Made by a program: the position numbers and the translations under genes. Below are positions 21,533 through 33,742 of a stretch of 64,000 bases of DNA, in pieces. The notes under the pieces are model-generated. The model did not search any database and had not been told where the DNA came from. It worked only from the letters and a program-made list of their open reading frames with translations. The stretch is taken from contig CBFFRQ010000092.1 of NCBI GenBank assembly GCA_965644315.1, forward strand, positions 1-64,000. The letters run 5' to 3'. The DNA is from Caecitellus pseudoparvulus. Taxonomy: Eukaryota; Protista; Bigyra: Bicosoecida. Positions within the stretch are counted from its first letter, which is position 1; each line of letters starts with the position of its first letter.

Positions 21533-23365
21533 CTACTTTCCACGCTGCATCAGCCTCATCAGCGCGGGGTATCGCTGCGCCATGCCAGGATCCAACACAT
21601 CGAAGTCGGGGTGTGCCTGGGCCAACTGAGGCAACTTGCTGCCCAGGTGGGAAGCAGTCAGCGAGGTGGCCAGGTCACGGGGGAGGCTCGGCGCCAGGCG
21701 CCCTTGCATGCCTGCCTGTGCCGTGCCCTTCGGCAGCAACGGCGAGCCATCCTGCTGCACGAGTCCGCCGCCCAGCAGCGCGGCGAGGATCAGCCCCGAA
21801 GCCACCCTACCTGGCAAGTCCTCCTTCTGCACAGTGCTGGGCGTGTCTCCTACCAGGGCGGGCAGCAGCGAACTCTCAGTGCCTGAGGGGCGGACAGAGG
21901 TTCCCCCCTGCTGGCCCTCCGAGGCTGATGCCACGGCCGACAGCACACTGCCCAGTGCAACCGGCGCCCCTCCGCGCAGCTTCTCATAAGAAGCACTGAA
22001 GGAAGGCTGCATAGTGGGCGGCTTGCTCTCATCAGCTCGCATGATGGCGGCCCAGTGCCGTGCCTCAGCCTCAGGCATGTCCGCCAGAGCAGTGGCGAGG
22101 GAGGGGGGGACAGGCGGCAGCTGGCCACCTCCAGGCGCTGCCAGCCCTGCGGACGACACTGCGCGAGCCATCCACGCGGGCACTTCTTGACCCGCTTCTG
22201 TGTCTGGCGTGGCGCCCCCTGCATCCTCGCCCAGCACATCAGCGAAAGCATCATCCAGTAGTGACTCGGCACCAGCATCATCCGTGTCTGTGGCGGTGTG
22301 GTCCGTGCCCGGTGCCGCCTCGGCAGCATCCGTGTCTGTGGCGGTGTGGTCCGTGCCCGGTGCCGCCTCGGCAGCATCCGTGTCTGTGGCGGTGTGGTCG
22401 GTGCCCGGTGCCGCCTCGGCAGCATCCGTGTCTGTGGCGGTGTGGTCGGTGCCCGGTGCCGCCTCGGCAGCATCCGTGTCTGTGGCGGTGTGGTCCGTGC
22501 CCGGTGCCGCCTCGGCAGCATCCGTGTCTGTGGCGGTGTGGTCCGTGCCCGGTGCCGCCTCGGCAGCATCCGTGTCTGTGGCGGTGTGGTCGGTGCCCGG
22601 TGCCGCCTCGGCAGCATCCGTGTCTGTGGCGGTGTGGTCGGTGCCCGGTGCCGCCTCGGCAGCATCCGTGTCTGTGGCGGTGTGGTCCGTGCCCGGTGCC
22701 ACCTCGGCATCATCCGTGTCTGTGGCGGTGTGGTCCGTGCCCGGTGCCACCTCGGCATCATCCGTGTCTGTGGCGGTGTGGTCCGTGCCCGGTGCCACCT
22801 CGGCATCATCCGTGTCTGTGGCGGTGTGGTCGGTGCCCGGTGCCGCCTCGGCAGCATCCGTGTCTGTGGCGGTGTGGTCCGTGCCCGGTGCCGCCTCGGC
22901 AGCATCCGTGTCTGTGGCGGTGTGGTCGGTGCCCGGTGCCGCCTCAACAGCATCCGTGTCTGTGGCGGTGTGGTCGGTGCCCGGTGCCGCCTCGGCAGCA
23001 TCCGATTCTGTTGTTACATCTTCGATGGTATCAGGGGACTGCCCAGCCAGCTGGGCAGCCGGTGATTGGGCAGAAAGTTCTGCATGGCTTGCACTGGTCT
23101 TGGCATCATGCTGGTCTTTGAGCTCGGGCGACTTGTTCGAGGACTTGCGTGGCTCAGGTTCAGCTGGAGGTGGCACTGTGAACTGCGTAACAGGCTTCTG
23201 GCCAGGATGCTCCTCTGACTGCCGCTCAAGCACCTGCTGGACACGCCAGACCAAGGGGTGACCGAATTTGGCGATGATGCCTGCGAGGAGCAAGGCAAGC
23301 ATCCATAGCGTGCCCCAGGGCGACTGCAGCTCGACACTGCTGCCGCCGGTGGCTTCGGCGTCCAT
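21533..23365 (-). CDS. Signal-anchored protein with acidic Thr-rich tandem repeats
   Basis: N-terminal hydrophobic LWMLALLLAGIIAKF followed by 15 x AAEAAPGTDHTATDTD. Confidence 0.7.
   Translation of the reverse strand: MDAEATGGSSVELQSPWGTLWMLALLLAGIIAKFGHPLVWRVQQVLERQSEEHPGQKPVTQFTVPPPAEPEPRKSSNKSPELKDQHDAKTSASHAELSAQSPAAQLAGQSPDTIEDVTTESDAAEAAPGTDHTATDTDAVEAAPGTDHTATDTDAAEAAPGTDHTATDTDAAEAAPGTDHTATDTDDAEVAPGTDHTATDTDDAEVAPGTDHTATDTDDAEVAPGTDHTATDTDAAEAAPGTDHTATDTDAAEAAPGTDHTATDTDAAEAAPGTDHTATDTDAAEAAPGTDHTATDTDAAEAAPGTDHTATDTDAAEAAPGTDHTATDTDAAEAAPGTDHTATDTDAAEAAPGTDHTATDTDDAGAESLLDDAFADVLGEDAGGATPDTEAGQEVPAWMARAVSSAGLAAPGGGQLPPVPPSLATALADMPEAEARHWAAIMRADESKPPTMQPSFSASYEKLRGGAPVALGSVLSAVASASEGQQGGTSVRPSGTESSLLPALVGDTPSTVQKEDLPGRVASGLILAALLGGGLVQQDGSPLLPKGTAQAGMQGRLAPSLPRDLATSLTASHLGSKLPQLAQAHPDFDVLDPGMAQRYPALMRLMQRGK
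22279..23003. repeat. 48-bp minisatellite, about 15 near-identical copies
   Basis: Unit catccgtgtctgtggcggtgtggtc(c/g)gtgcccggtgcc(g/a)cctcggca(g/t), directly adjacent with no spacers. Confidence 0.97.
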
Positions 23366-23591
23366 GCGGTTTGAAAGCTGGCCCAGAGAAGTTCAAACGC
23401 GGACTGCCCACCAAAAACGAACGAATCGAAAAGAAAACGAATGCTTGAAATCTCAGGGCCCCATCGGTGTCGTTGAGGAGGCCACAGATTTGTGTGAGCG
23501 TGGGGTTTGAGATAGCGTCAGCGGAATTTGGTTCCGTCAGACTTACAAGCGCGGCTTGGGGGGGCTTGCACTGCAACCCAATCAGAAGACC

Positions 23592-24679
23592 ATGCCAAAA
23601 TCCAAAGGAAAGAAGGTGTACGCAGTGCGCGTTGGGAGGCGACCTGGCATCTATGGCTCCTGGGGCGAGTGTGAGAGGCAGGTAAGGTACAGGCACTTGG
23701 CCGTGGCTCCACGGTCCGCATCACCATCTGGCACACGAGATTACCTTACGTTCTCCAGGTGAAAGGTTTCAGTGGGGCAGTTTTCAAGAGCTTTGGGACG
23801 CACGCAGAGGCTGTCGCGTGGTGTGGGCCGTCGGCGGCTGCCTCATCCGGTGCCGTGGCCAGCAGTGGAGGGATCAAACGTGGCCGGGAACCCTCTCTGC
23901 CCGAGCCCGGAGCCAAGCGGGCACCAAGTGGGCACGTTGCCGCTGCAGATGTTCTGGCGGATTCTGCAGTGGATGGCTTGCCTGGCTGGGTGGCCCATTT
24001 TGACGGTGGGTCGCGAGGGAACCCTGGCAGGGCAGGCGCCGGCACAGTGCTGCGACTGGGCGGAAAACGCATCGCGACAGCCACGCAGTTCTGCGGCCAC
24101 CGCAACACGAACAACCAGGCTGAGGCAGCAGGGGCGTTGCTGGCCCTCCTGCTCGTCCACGCAGCGGTCGAGTGGTCAGCTACCACCCCTGAGAAAACCG
24201 CCGCGGGTCACGGCGCCGTCGTTTTCGGCGACTCCAAGCTCATCCTGCAGCAGATCCAGGGCGCCTTCACAGTGCGTGCTCCGCGCTTGAAGGAGTTAAT
24301 TCCACACTTGCAGATGTATGCTGAGCATCTTGAGCGGGTTCTGCCCTCCCCCGCTGGTCTGCGTTTCCAGCACTGCCTGCGGGCGCGGAATGCCGAGGCT
24401 GATGCGCTCAGCAATGTGGCCATGGACGGCGGGGGTGCAGGTACTCAAGAAGGCGAGGCAGTGGATCTGACAGGGGGACGGCGGGGGCACCCCTTTGGTG
24501 CGGTGGTGGGCCCATACCCCGCAGAGGTGCAGTGGGCGCCAGGGTGGGAGGGCGCGCACGTTCACCTGGTGCGCGCAGTGACGCCAGGAACCCAGCCTTG
24601 GGAAGTGCACTCCAAACACACACTGTGCGAAGCTCCACTTCTGACGCCTGCCTCTGCCTGTGAGGCCCAGGCAACGTAG
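23592..24679 (+). CDS. Ribonuclease H1: hybrid-binding domain + archaeal/plant-type RNase HI domain
   Basis: KVYAVRVGRRPGIYGSWGECERQVKGFSGAVFKSF (intron 23682-23758); FDGGSRGNPG, TNNQAE, GDSKL and NAEADALSN give the D-E-D-D catalytic set. Confidence 0.92.
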
Positions 24680-24924
24680 GGAGCACACCAAGCAGAGCGG
24701 CAGGAAACCCGCCCTTTGGCGAACAGAGCGCAGGTATGAAGGTGAGCTGTGGCAGACCACAGGCCTGCACTGTCGACAGCAGCATGGCAGCATGGCGGCC
24801 TGAGTTGGGTGCGGTGAGCATACACCGCGGCAGTGTTGACTTGCCGGCAAAATGTACCTGACACGTCACAAGCGGATTGCAGTGAGCAGGTGGCGCTGCA
24901 CGACAAGTGGGGCACACACACAGC

Positions 24925-26501
24925 ATGGCTGATTCCACAGGCGGCCCTGGGTCGGGCGGGGAGGCCCCGGCACCGGCGCCCACGGCTGGTCACCCGACCG
25001 AAGGTGGCGCGGAACTTGACGAGGAGGTTTTGGGCGTGTTCGACGCTGATGATTTGGAAGGCGTGCAGGCAGCCATGGACGAGCTGCTGGCGCAGCATGA
25101 TGCCGAGCAAGCAGGTGGTGAAGAGGGGGAGCGCGATGAGGAAGTCGTGGACACGTCCCGTGTGCAGATGCTGGAGCATGAGGACAGTGTGTATGCCGTG
25201 GCGGTGAGCAGTGCAGCGCCCCTGGCTGTGTCTGGGGACGGCAACGACTCCTGGGTGCTGTGGGACTTGAGGGACGGCAGCGTCATCGCACACGAGAAAG
25301 CCCACACTGATTCTGTCATTGACGTTGCCTTCTCATCGGACGGGCAGCTGTTTGCGACGGCCAGCATGGACAAGTCTGTGAAGGTAAGGCGATGCAATTT
25401 CCGCACTCGTAGCGGTGCTTCACCCCATCCTCCTCGCGACTTGAACAGATCTGGAAGTCTACGGACGGCAGTGCCGTGAGTTCCCTGGAAGGCCCGACGG
25501 ATGACGTGCATTGGCTGGCATGGCACCCGAAGGGGAACGTCATCGCAGCGGGCAGCGAAGACTGCACTGTGTGGATGTGGAATGCCACCACTGGCGCTGT
25601 CATGCAGGTGTTCGGAGGGCACACTGCCCCCGTGTCATGCGGCGCCTGGACGCCCTCTGGTAAGAGCCTCGTGACCAGCGATGCGGCCGGCGTGACCAAG
25701 GTGTGGAGTGGCAAGACGGGCGCCTGCACCGCCACATACTCCGGTCACGGCTGGCATGAACAGGGCATCGTGTCCATGGCAGTGCACAGCAGCCAGCCCT
25801 TGCTCATGGCGGGGGGGGAAGACGGTACGGCCCGCCTGGTCAGCCTGCAGACGGGCAAGTTCCTGGCCACGCTGCCGCACCTCAAGGCCACGGCGCCTGC
25901 AGATGGCGTGTCCACCTCCACAGTCACAGCGGCCTTGGCAGCATCTGACGCGGCGTCAGACGCTGCAGTGGCTGCCCAGCCAGGCGTGGAGGCGGCTCCT
26001 ACCGAGGCGGGGGCGGGTGGCGCCGCCGGCGAGGAGGGGGACCCTGCCGTGCATGAGCTGCATTCCTGCTCCGTGGAGGGCGTGGCCTTCTTCACTGGCA
26101 AGGGAAGCGAGGATGCCATGCGGTGGGCGGCCACGGGGGCCACTGACGGCACGTTGCGTGTGTGGGACCTGTCGGCCAGCGAAACGCGCCAGGCGCTGCG
26201 GCACAGCATCCTGCACCCAGATGCGCTGATCAAGGTGCGGTGGCACCCAGTACACCCCGTTCTCTTCTCCGCTTGTGCGGACGGCGTGGTGCGCCTGTGG
26301 GACGCACGGACGGGGGCCCTGGTCAAGGAGTACACGGGGAACATGAACATGGTGCTGGCGCTGGAGCTGTTCCACCCTGGGTCGCTGGGCGACGCTGCAG
26401 GTGGGTCTGGCGAGGCGGGGTCCCCTGGCAAGGAAGCCTTGAAGAAGCTGCAGATCGTGACGGGGGGCGACGACCAAGTGTGCCGGGTCTTTGACGTGTG
26501 A
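24925..26501 (+). CDS. WD40 protein AAMP/SQT1 (uL16 chaperone)
   Basis: Acidic N-terminus, HEDSVYAV, WLAWHPKGNVIAAGSEDCTVWMW; intron 25384-25448. Confidence 0.85.
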
Positions 26502-26521
26502 GGGGGCGCTTGGCGTGCCTC

Positions 26522-27405
26522 CTACGCTGGTGGTGAGATGGAGTCAGGGTAGTTGGCTGCGCCAGCTGCCCGCACCACGTGCTCAAACGCAGCAGCAACG
26601 CCATCTCCCGTGGCGGCCGAGACAGAGAAGAAGTCCATGCCATGCTTGGCAGCGAATGCAGCTCCCTGTTCGGCCGTCACACGCGCCCCCTTGTCAGCCT
26701 GTAGGAGCAGGGGCGGAAGCATGTGAGCGGTGACTGCGACGGGCTCAGGCCAGCCGTGCGCACCTTGTTTGCGAGCAGGACACTGGGCAGGCCCACTGCG
26801 CCGTAGTGGCGAGACTCCTCCAGCCATGTGCTCAAGGAATCAAAGCTATCTGGGCGGCTGGAATCGTACACCAGCACCATCTGCGGTGGCCACAGGCGGC
26901 AATGGAGGTGGCTGCAGTTACGGTAAAACGCCAGCAAAACGCCGGCAGCCTCGCACCGCTTGGGCGTCCTTGTAGAACTCATTGCGAACCTCCTCATACG
27001 CGTCGTCCCCACTGAGATCCCTGTGGCATCAAGATTAGGGCAAGCACTTGCACCGGGAGCTGTTGCCCTCGCCGCACCCCAACGTCGACTGGCGCGGCCG
27101 CGTGACGCTGCTCACCAGAAGTTCAGCTTCAGCGTCACGCCATCCATCTTGATGGGCTTCACACCATAGTCTGTGCCAATCGTCACGACGTACTTGCTGA
27201 CGAACTGTGGGGCGGCGTAGGGAGCGGTTGGAGGGCAGCAGCTCCCCTTCCTGCGCAGCCGGTCACACACCTTCCCTTCGCAGAAGCGCTTCACCAGGCA
27301 GCTCTTGCCAGACAGCGAAGGCCCGTACGTGACAACCTTCAAACGCAGGACCTTCCCACCCTTGGTGGCGTCCAGCTGCGCCCCTCCACGACTCGCAGCA
27401 GCCAT
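26522..27405 (-). CDS. RJL-family Rab-like small GTPase (no J domain)
   Basis: Spliced: LRLKVVTYGPSLSGKSCLVKRFCEGK-FVSKYVVTIGTDYGVK..NFW-DLSGDDAYEEVRNEFYKDAQ; RJL signatures KRxCE, DxSG and EVRNEFYKD; four introns. Confidence 0.9.
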
Positions 27406-27853
27406 GGCAGCGATGCAGGTGCAGTGCGTTGAGGGAGGTGCACGTGCGGGCCGCAGGATTCGCAGAGCGTTGGCGCAGGCGGGTGACGAAGGGAAATACT
27501 GCACAGGAGACGAGCAAGAGTTTTGGTGGTTTTTCTTTTTTGCGTGTGCGTGTCCACTGTTGGCCTCGGTGCCCCACTGCCTGAAGCCCGCCTCGACCAT
27601 ACACTGCAGCTCTGCAGTGCCGTCTCAACCGCGCTTGCTGCCTAAAAGCAACATGCCATCAAAAGCACGCGTCCAGCGCCATTCCTGCGTCAGCTATTTC
27701 GTGCGGCTCCGTGTCGCGGGGCGTGGGAAGGTGGCCTAGCCAGTTCCAAGCCGCTTGTGCAGTGCACCAGTCAAGTCTGCATCTGCGCCGACACAGGCGG
27801 AGGGCCTGCGCCCGGAGCACCGGCAGCCAGCCCCCCCACCTGCCGCCAGTGGG

Positions 27854-29544
27854 ATGTTTGGCGCGATTACCAGCAGCATCCTGGCCATGGCGCCACCCAT
27901 GGCGTGGGAGCACGCCTTGGAGTGAGTGTGGGAAGCCGGCGTGTCCATGCTCCGCGTCCCACACGCTGCTGCCCCGGTCCCCCCTTTGCAGCTGGTTGAT
28001 GCTGGGCCTCGTGGGAGCCCTGGTGATTTCGATTATGATTCTCCTGGCCCTCGTTGTGCAGTGCGTAGCGCGTGAGGCGTGTCTGTAGCAAGCAGCCATT
28101 CATGTGCAGGCGTCGCCCGTTTCGGGCCTGAGCACTGCAAGGCGCCATTAGCACCCTGCACATGACATGCACCGCCGCAGAAAGTACTGCATGCCAGGAT
28201 CAACCGTGGTGGAGCTCGTCAAGAACGTGGCATTCCCGTACGGCGTCGCGGAGGATGTGGTGGGTCCTGCGCTGCTGGTGCTTTTTCCGCAAGACGCTCC
28301 GCATCACATTGCGCCCTGCCGCCCGCCCGCCCGCGCAGGGCCAGCGGCCGTACATGGAAGACCGACACCTAGTGTCTGGTGACATTTCGGGGCAACCGCA
28401 CTTCAGTTTGTATGCGGTCTTTGACGGGCACGGCGGCTCCCGGGCTGCGCACTTCTGTGCTCGAAACATGTCCCTGGTCTTGAACAGGAAGATGCTGGAG
28501 GGCGCCTCGCCAGAGGGCGTGCGCAACCCGTCCAAGGCGCTGGCAGAGACGTTCGCAGAGCTGGACCGCTGGTGGCTGTCGTTGGCTGAGAATGCTGTGC
28601 CTCCCATGGACGACGGTACCACTGCAGTTGCTGCGCTGGTGGTCAGTGGCCCAGCGGCCGCGCAGTGTGGCGAGCCCGCCCCAGGGGACTCGCTACCCCT
28701 TGTCTTCGTCGCCAACACAGGGGACAGTCGCGCCGTCGTGGTCTTGGACAACGGCCAGGCCGTGGCTCTCTCCGACGACCACAAACCCAACCGGCCTGAT
28801 GAGCTGGCGCGCATTCGCAAGGCTGGTGGGCAGGTGTCCTTTTACGGCGTGTGGCGGGTGCAGGGCATCCTGGCAGTGTCACGGGCCATCGGCGACCGCG
28901 CCTTGAAGCAGTACATCGTGCCGTCTCCCGAGATCTCGCGCTACGCCGTGCCGCGCAAGGCCAAGTACCTCGTCCTGGCAACAGATGGCCTGTGGGATGT
29001 CATGTCCAACACGGAGTTGGTGGCGGTGCTGTCCAGCGTGCCGGCGGGGGACACGACAGCGGCTGCCAACGTGCTGCTGCGGGAGGCCCTGTCTCGCGGC
29101 AGCCAGGACAATGTGACGGTGTTGGTGGTGGACCTGACCAAGCAGCAGTACCCGCCCCCCCCAGAGAGCGCGTCGCCACCCCCCCGGCACACCCCTCCTG
29201 TCGTGGAGGAGGAGGTCTTCCACGCCCCTGACGCAGTGGACGGCAGTAGCAGCATGCGCCAGCGCGTCAAGGCGCGAGCAGAAGCTGCCTCTGCAGCAGC
29301 CCATGTCCCAGACGCCGCCGCCGGCACGGCCTCGCCCGCCGTGCCCAGCGCCAGCGGCCAGCCAGCCGCCCGGGCTCGCAAGTGGGCCAAGCACAAGGAC
29401 AGTGCAGGACTGGGCTCAGGCGGGGCGGTGGGCTCCGCTGCCTTGCGTGCCCTGGCTGAGCGCAGTCCTGCGCCCAGTCCAGGCGCCTCCCGAGCGAGCA
29501 GCCCGGACCCGGTGCCAGCGGACGGAGGGGACAAGGCGGACTGA
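27854..29544 (+). CDS. Protein phosphatase 2C with N-terminal transmembrane segment (PPM1L-like)
   Basis: Spliced MFGAIT..D-WLMLGLVGALVISIMILLALVVQ-KYCM..YGVAEDV-GQRPYMEDR; VFDGHGG, DHKP, SRAIGD, ATDGLWD and DNVT motifs. Confidence 0.9.
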
Positions 29545-29574
29545 CGGTGGACATGCATTCGATAGAGGGGCAAT

Positions 29575-31341
29575 TCACTCCAGCAGCTGGCAGCCCTCTG
29601 GCATGCCCCCTTGCCGGGGCCGCTTGCGTCCCCGCTGCATGAAGGCGCTGATGCCGGGGAGTGAGGATCGCGCGCTGGGCACGTTGGCAGAGTAGACAGA
29701 ACTAAGGGGGCCACTGGAGCCACTCTCGTTGGCCACTGCAGCGGAAGACACACGGACGGGGGCTTTCAGGAAGGCCTGGGGCGAGGGCTGTGCAGGTGGC
29801 GCCGCCTTGTGCCGGAACCAGATGGACATGCCCAGCAGCACAGGCGGCGCCGACAGCTCACGGTGCTGCCAGAAGTAACTCACATGCTCGCGCATGTGAA
29901 GGCCGCGCCCAGCAAAGGAGCCCACTGTGGGAATATGCAGACTCTGCACGGCAAGCAGCGGCGCCCGCAGCGTGACTGCCGCCGTGGAGGCGGCCAGGCG
30001 GTCTTGGCGGTGGGCGGGGTGAGTCGTGCAGGGGACCACGTGAACGGCCAGGTCACTGCCAGGGTGAGAGGCAGCCACAGCGCCAGGGGACGGCGCCGCC
30101 GTCACCACCAACGCCACAGCCTCTGAAGTAGAGCAAGATGCTGGGATGCCGAACATTTCCCGCGCAGGGCCGCTGATGGAGGCGATGGCGCCGCCGGAAG
30201 GCTGCGCCCGAAGGTGCAAGACTGCCAGAGAGGAGTGCGCACACACCTGTGACAGCAGCGCTTGCGCTGCAAGGTTGGCAGCGATCGGGCCCTTCTCCTT
30301 CAGTCCAGGTGCCAGTACTTCCTCCACATGCTTTACAAAGGCATGTTGCCCGCAGTGGCCATGCGTAGCCGCGTCGTGGGCGGCGCACAGGGCAGGAAGC
30401 TGCTGCAGCAGAGCCGTTTCGCCATCCCCACCGCCGGGCCCTTGTGTCACGTGCGAAGCAACGGCTGCAGTCTGCAAAAGTGACCTCAAGGCCGTCGAAG
30501 CTGTCAAGGCGATGTGTGTTGTGAGGTGCACAGATACTCTATGCGGCGCGGCGGGGCCTGACCGAGCTGTATCGGATTGAATCGCGAGCAAGGATTCCTG
30601 GCTCGGAGCGTGAGGGATCGCAGCACTTTGCGCGTGCCAGCCTGCCGCAGGCCCTGCCTGTGAGTGGGGTGGGAGTTTTGGCGGCTGCACACCCTGGCCC
30701 TGACCCACTTGGCCTGCGCAAGCGAGAGAGAAGCGGCGGTGATCTCGCGCAAGATCTGGCCATAGCTTTGCCTGATGGGGGACAAGCCCACGCTGGGCGC
30801 ACGGCGTTGCCCACCAATGACACACCTTCTGACGTTGGCGCAGGCGTCCCATTCCATGCCTGCCCATCTCCCTGGGCCCAGCGCACCTGCACTCTGGAGG
30901 AAGGCGGAGCGGATCCACCGATAGCCATGGTGCTGCTGTCAGCTGCCGTAGCAGCAGAGTAGGGCAAGTGGGGCGAAGGATCAGGCGACAAATCAATGCC
31001 TTCTAAGATATTTGGCGCCCGGCTGCCGTCAGCGTCCACGCATTCGTCAGCACGGCCATTTCTGTGCGGCGTTTCGTGAGGAAGTGAGTTGGGCCTGCCT
31101 GCGCGCACACACGGGCGCTTTCCCAGCTGGCCTGGCCGCGCACGCACTGGACACAGCGAGAACAGGGGCGTCCTCCGTCACACTTCCGCTTTCGTTCCCT
31201 GCACGGCTTGCAGGCCGGCACACGCCCGTGCGAGGCGGCGTGCCCGCCCCTGCCACTTCTGGCAGCCGCCTTGGACTCCACACCATCAGCCCCAGTCTCG
31301 GGTGTGGGCAGCTGGGCGCTGCCTGCCGCGTCTGCGGCCAT
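29575..31341 (-). CDS. Zn(II)2Cys6 binuclear-cluster transcription factor
   Basis: ACKPCRERKRKCDGGRPCSRCVQ-intron-NGRADEC gives all six Cys; downstream exon structure and stop uncertain. Confidence 0.65.
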
Positions 31342-31642
31342 GCTAGTCCTGCACAACACCCAGACCACAAGCCCTGCATTGATATCCACCTGGAGGAAAC
31401 CCTGCGCGGGTGGTCTGTGGCGTGGATCCTGCGGTGCAGGCTTTGGCAGTCGGCATGCAATGCAGCTGCGCTGACTTGCGGGGGGCCGGCGCATGGCGTG
31501 ATGTCCCCGACAGCAGCGCAGCTGGCGTGACCCCCCACGCCCGCGTCCCACGGGCGCTCTGGCCAGCGGCACACCGACTGCGCAGAGAAAGGAGACTCCA
31601 ATCTCCAACTTGAGCTTCTGGTGACATGTATTTTCCGCACGC

Positions 31643-32497
31643 TTACCACGGAATGGTGCTGCCGTCCCATGCACGGAAGTCGCCCGTCTCGCACCCGTGC
31701 AGCACACACAGCAGCTGCTCTGCAGCTCGCTCGACTGAGAAGAGCTTCTCTGGCCGAACGTTTTTCTGGAACTGTGCCGGGGCGGCGGTGTGCTCGAGGG
31801 TGCCGCGGCGGTGCCAGTGTGTGTGCGCGCGAAGTGCCGCATGACTCACGGGCTGGGACAGGTCTGTAGCAACCGTGCCCGGGTGCAGGGCTGCAATGAC
31901 GGCTTGCGCGTTCCTCCGCTGGAATTCGATGCTGGCAGTCTTCACCAGCTGGTTCAGCGCCGCCTTGCTGGCCCTGTACGTGTACCAGCCACCCAGCCCG
32001 GCGTTGTCGCTGATGCTGCCCACACGAGCCGAGAGAAAGCCGGCGTGCACGGGTCGGCCTTCTCGGGGCTTCTGGGCGCTCAGGTGGGAGGCGAAGGCGC
32101 CCAGGACCAGGGCCGGACCGAATGTGTTCACACCGAACACGGCCTGCATGCTGGCTAGGTTCACATCCTCCACCCTGCGCTCAGGCTTCACTCGGTCGCT
32201 GTGCAGCATGCCAGCAACATGCACCAGTGTGCGCAGGGAGTGGCCTGGCACTGCCTCTGCAAGCTGTGCCAGGGATGACGAGCTTTGGGTATCAACCTCT
32301 ACGATTTGAAGGTGGTCGTGCTCTGCTGCGAGGTCTCGTAGGGCTTCGGACGGTCGTCGCGTTGCCGCGAGGACGCGTGAGCAGCGTGGCACGCCAGCTG
32401 ACGTCAGGGTCGGCCTCGCTGCAACAGCGTGATGAGCGAGCTGCCGGACCATTTCAAGGCCAATGCCCTTGCTGGAGCCTATGATGACAGCGCTCAT
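31643..32497 (-). CDS. Short-chain dehydrogenase, C-factor/CsgA-like
   Basis: GSSKGIG, SARVGSISDN, GGWYTYRASKAALN, LHPGTVATDLS, terminal WDGSTIPW; one in-frame intron. Confidence 0.92.
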   Translation of the reverse strand: MSAVIIGSSKGIGLEMVRQLAHHAVAARPTLTSAGVPRCSRVLAATRRPSEALRDLAAEHDHLQIVEVDTQSSSSLAQLAEAVPGHSLRTLVHVAGMLHSDRVKPERRVEDVNLASMQAVFGVNTFGPALVLGAFASHLSAQKPREGRPVHAGFLSARVGSISDNAGLGGWYTYRASKAALNQLVKTASIEFQRRNAQAVIAALHPGTVATDLSQPVSHAALRAHTHWHRRGTLEHTAAPAQFQKNVRPEKLFSVERAAEQLLCVLHGCETGDFRAWDGSTIPW

Positions 32498-32696
32498 GCT
32501 TGCACCTGCTCCGGACGCAGAGTGGACCGTTGGGTGGGTGGACAGTCCTGAGGATGTGTGCGGAAATTGCCACGGTCCAATGCAATCGAATCAGTGCTCT
32601 GTGCAGGGCAAACTTGAGACACCTGGAGTTTACGATGTTTTGCTGAGTTCATGCAAGAAGGAGCATGCTTTTGGCGGTTTAAAATTGACTGTCATC

Positions 32697-33716
32697 ATGC
32701 GCTTCCGCCCCTGCATCGACCTACACGATGGCGTGGTGAAACAGATTGTGGGCAGCACGTTGACCGACGACAGCGAGGGCCAAGGCCTGGTGACGAACTT
32801 CACAGCCACGCAAGCCCCAGCGGAGTTCGCCAAGTGCGTGTGCAGCATGTGTTGCGCTGCTTGCGAAGGCGGCCGGGCACTCTGCACTCGTGCCTCGCGC
32901 ATCCGGCAGGATGTATGCGGAGCAGGACTTGCCCGGTGGCCACGTGATCATGCTGGGAGGCGGCAACAAAGCAGCGGCCCTGGAAGCCCTCGCGGCATAC
33001 CCTGGTGGCCTTCAAGTCGGAGGTGGAATTACGGACGAGAATGCCGCAGAGTTCATCGCGGCGGGTGCCAGCCACGTCATTGTGACGTCGTTTGTGTTCA
33101 GGTGAGAAGCGGTGCGAAACGTGGGCGAAACGAGGAGCTGCCGTCCAGACCCCCTGCGCCCCCCCTGGCCTGCAGGGACGGCAAGCTTGACACAGAACGC
33201 CTGCAGAAGCTCATGGACAGTGTTGGCAAGGAGCACCTGGTGCTGGACCTTTCCTGCCGCAAGCGTGTGGTGGAAGGGGCAGCGCCTGAGGCGCCTGCCG
33301 CGGACGCCGCCGCAGCAGCCGCCCCCGCCGTCGCTGCGGGTGACAGCGCCTCGCCTGCCCACGAGTTCGTGGTCGTGACTGACAGGTGGCAGAAGTGGAC
33401 GGACTTCGTCGTGAACGCAGGGTCCTTGTCCACACTGGCGGCGTACTGCGATGAATTCCTCGTGCACGGTGTGGATGTGGAGGGCAAGCAGTGCGGCGTG
33501 GAGGAGGAGCTGGTGGCCGTGCTGGGCGCGCACTCGCCCATCCCAGTCACCTACGCTGGCGGGGTGCGGAATATGGCGGACATCGAGCTGGTGCAGCGCG
33601 TGGGCAAGGGGCGTGTGGACGTCACAGTGGGCTCCGCTCTGGACATCTTCGGGGGCGCTTTGCCGTTTGAAGAGGTGGTCAAGTGGCACCGCTCCCGGGC
33701 GGCCGGGTCCGCTTGA
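32697..33716 (+). CDS. HIS6: ProFAR isomerase (HisA), eukaryotic His6 type
   Basis: [64 protein letters not shown]; two introns. Confidence 0.95.
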   Translation: MRFRPCIDLHDGVVKQIVGSTLTDDSEGQGLVTNFTATQAPAEFAKCVCSMCCAACEGGRALCTRASRIRQDVCGAGLARWPRDHAGRRQQSSGPGSPRGIPWWPSSRRWNYGRECRRVHRGGCQPRHCDVVCVQVRSGAKRGRNEELPSRPPAPPLACRDGKLDTERLQKLMDSVGKEHLVLDLSCRKRVVEGAAPEAPAADAAAAAAPAVAAGDSASPAHEFVVVTDRWQKWTDFVVNAGSLSTLAAYCDEFLVHGVDVEGKQCGVEEELVAVLGAHSPIPVTYAGGVRNMADIELVQRVGKGRVDVTVGSALDIFGGALPFEEVVKWHRSRAAGSA

Positions 33717-33742
33717 GGCCAGGCAGGGGGTGTGCAGGGGGG

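Noticed and set aside
21533-21570. Hammerhead-like CTGATGAG..GAAA on the minus strand
   Set aside because: GAAA does not directly follow a closed stem II, no stems I/III are evident, and it lies within a CDS end
22279-23003. CRISPR-like array
   Set aside because: Units are contiguous with no unique spacers, lie in frame in a eukaryotic CDS, and no cas genes are present
23759-24679. Retrotransposon RNase H
   Set aside because: No RT, integrase, gag or LTRs; it has a spliced hybrid-binding exon typical of cellular RNase H1
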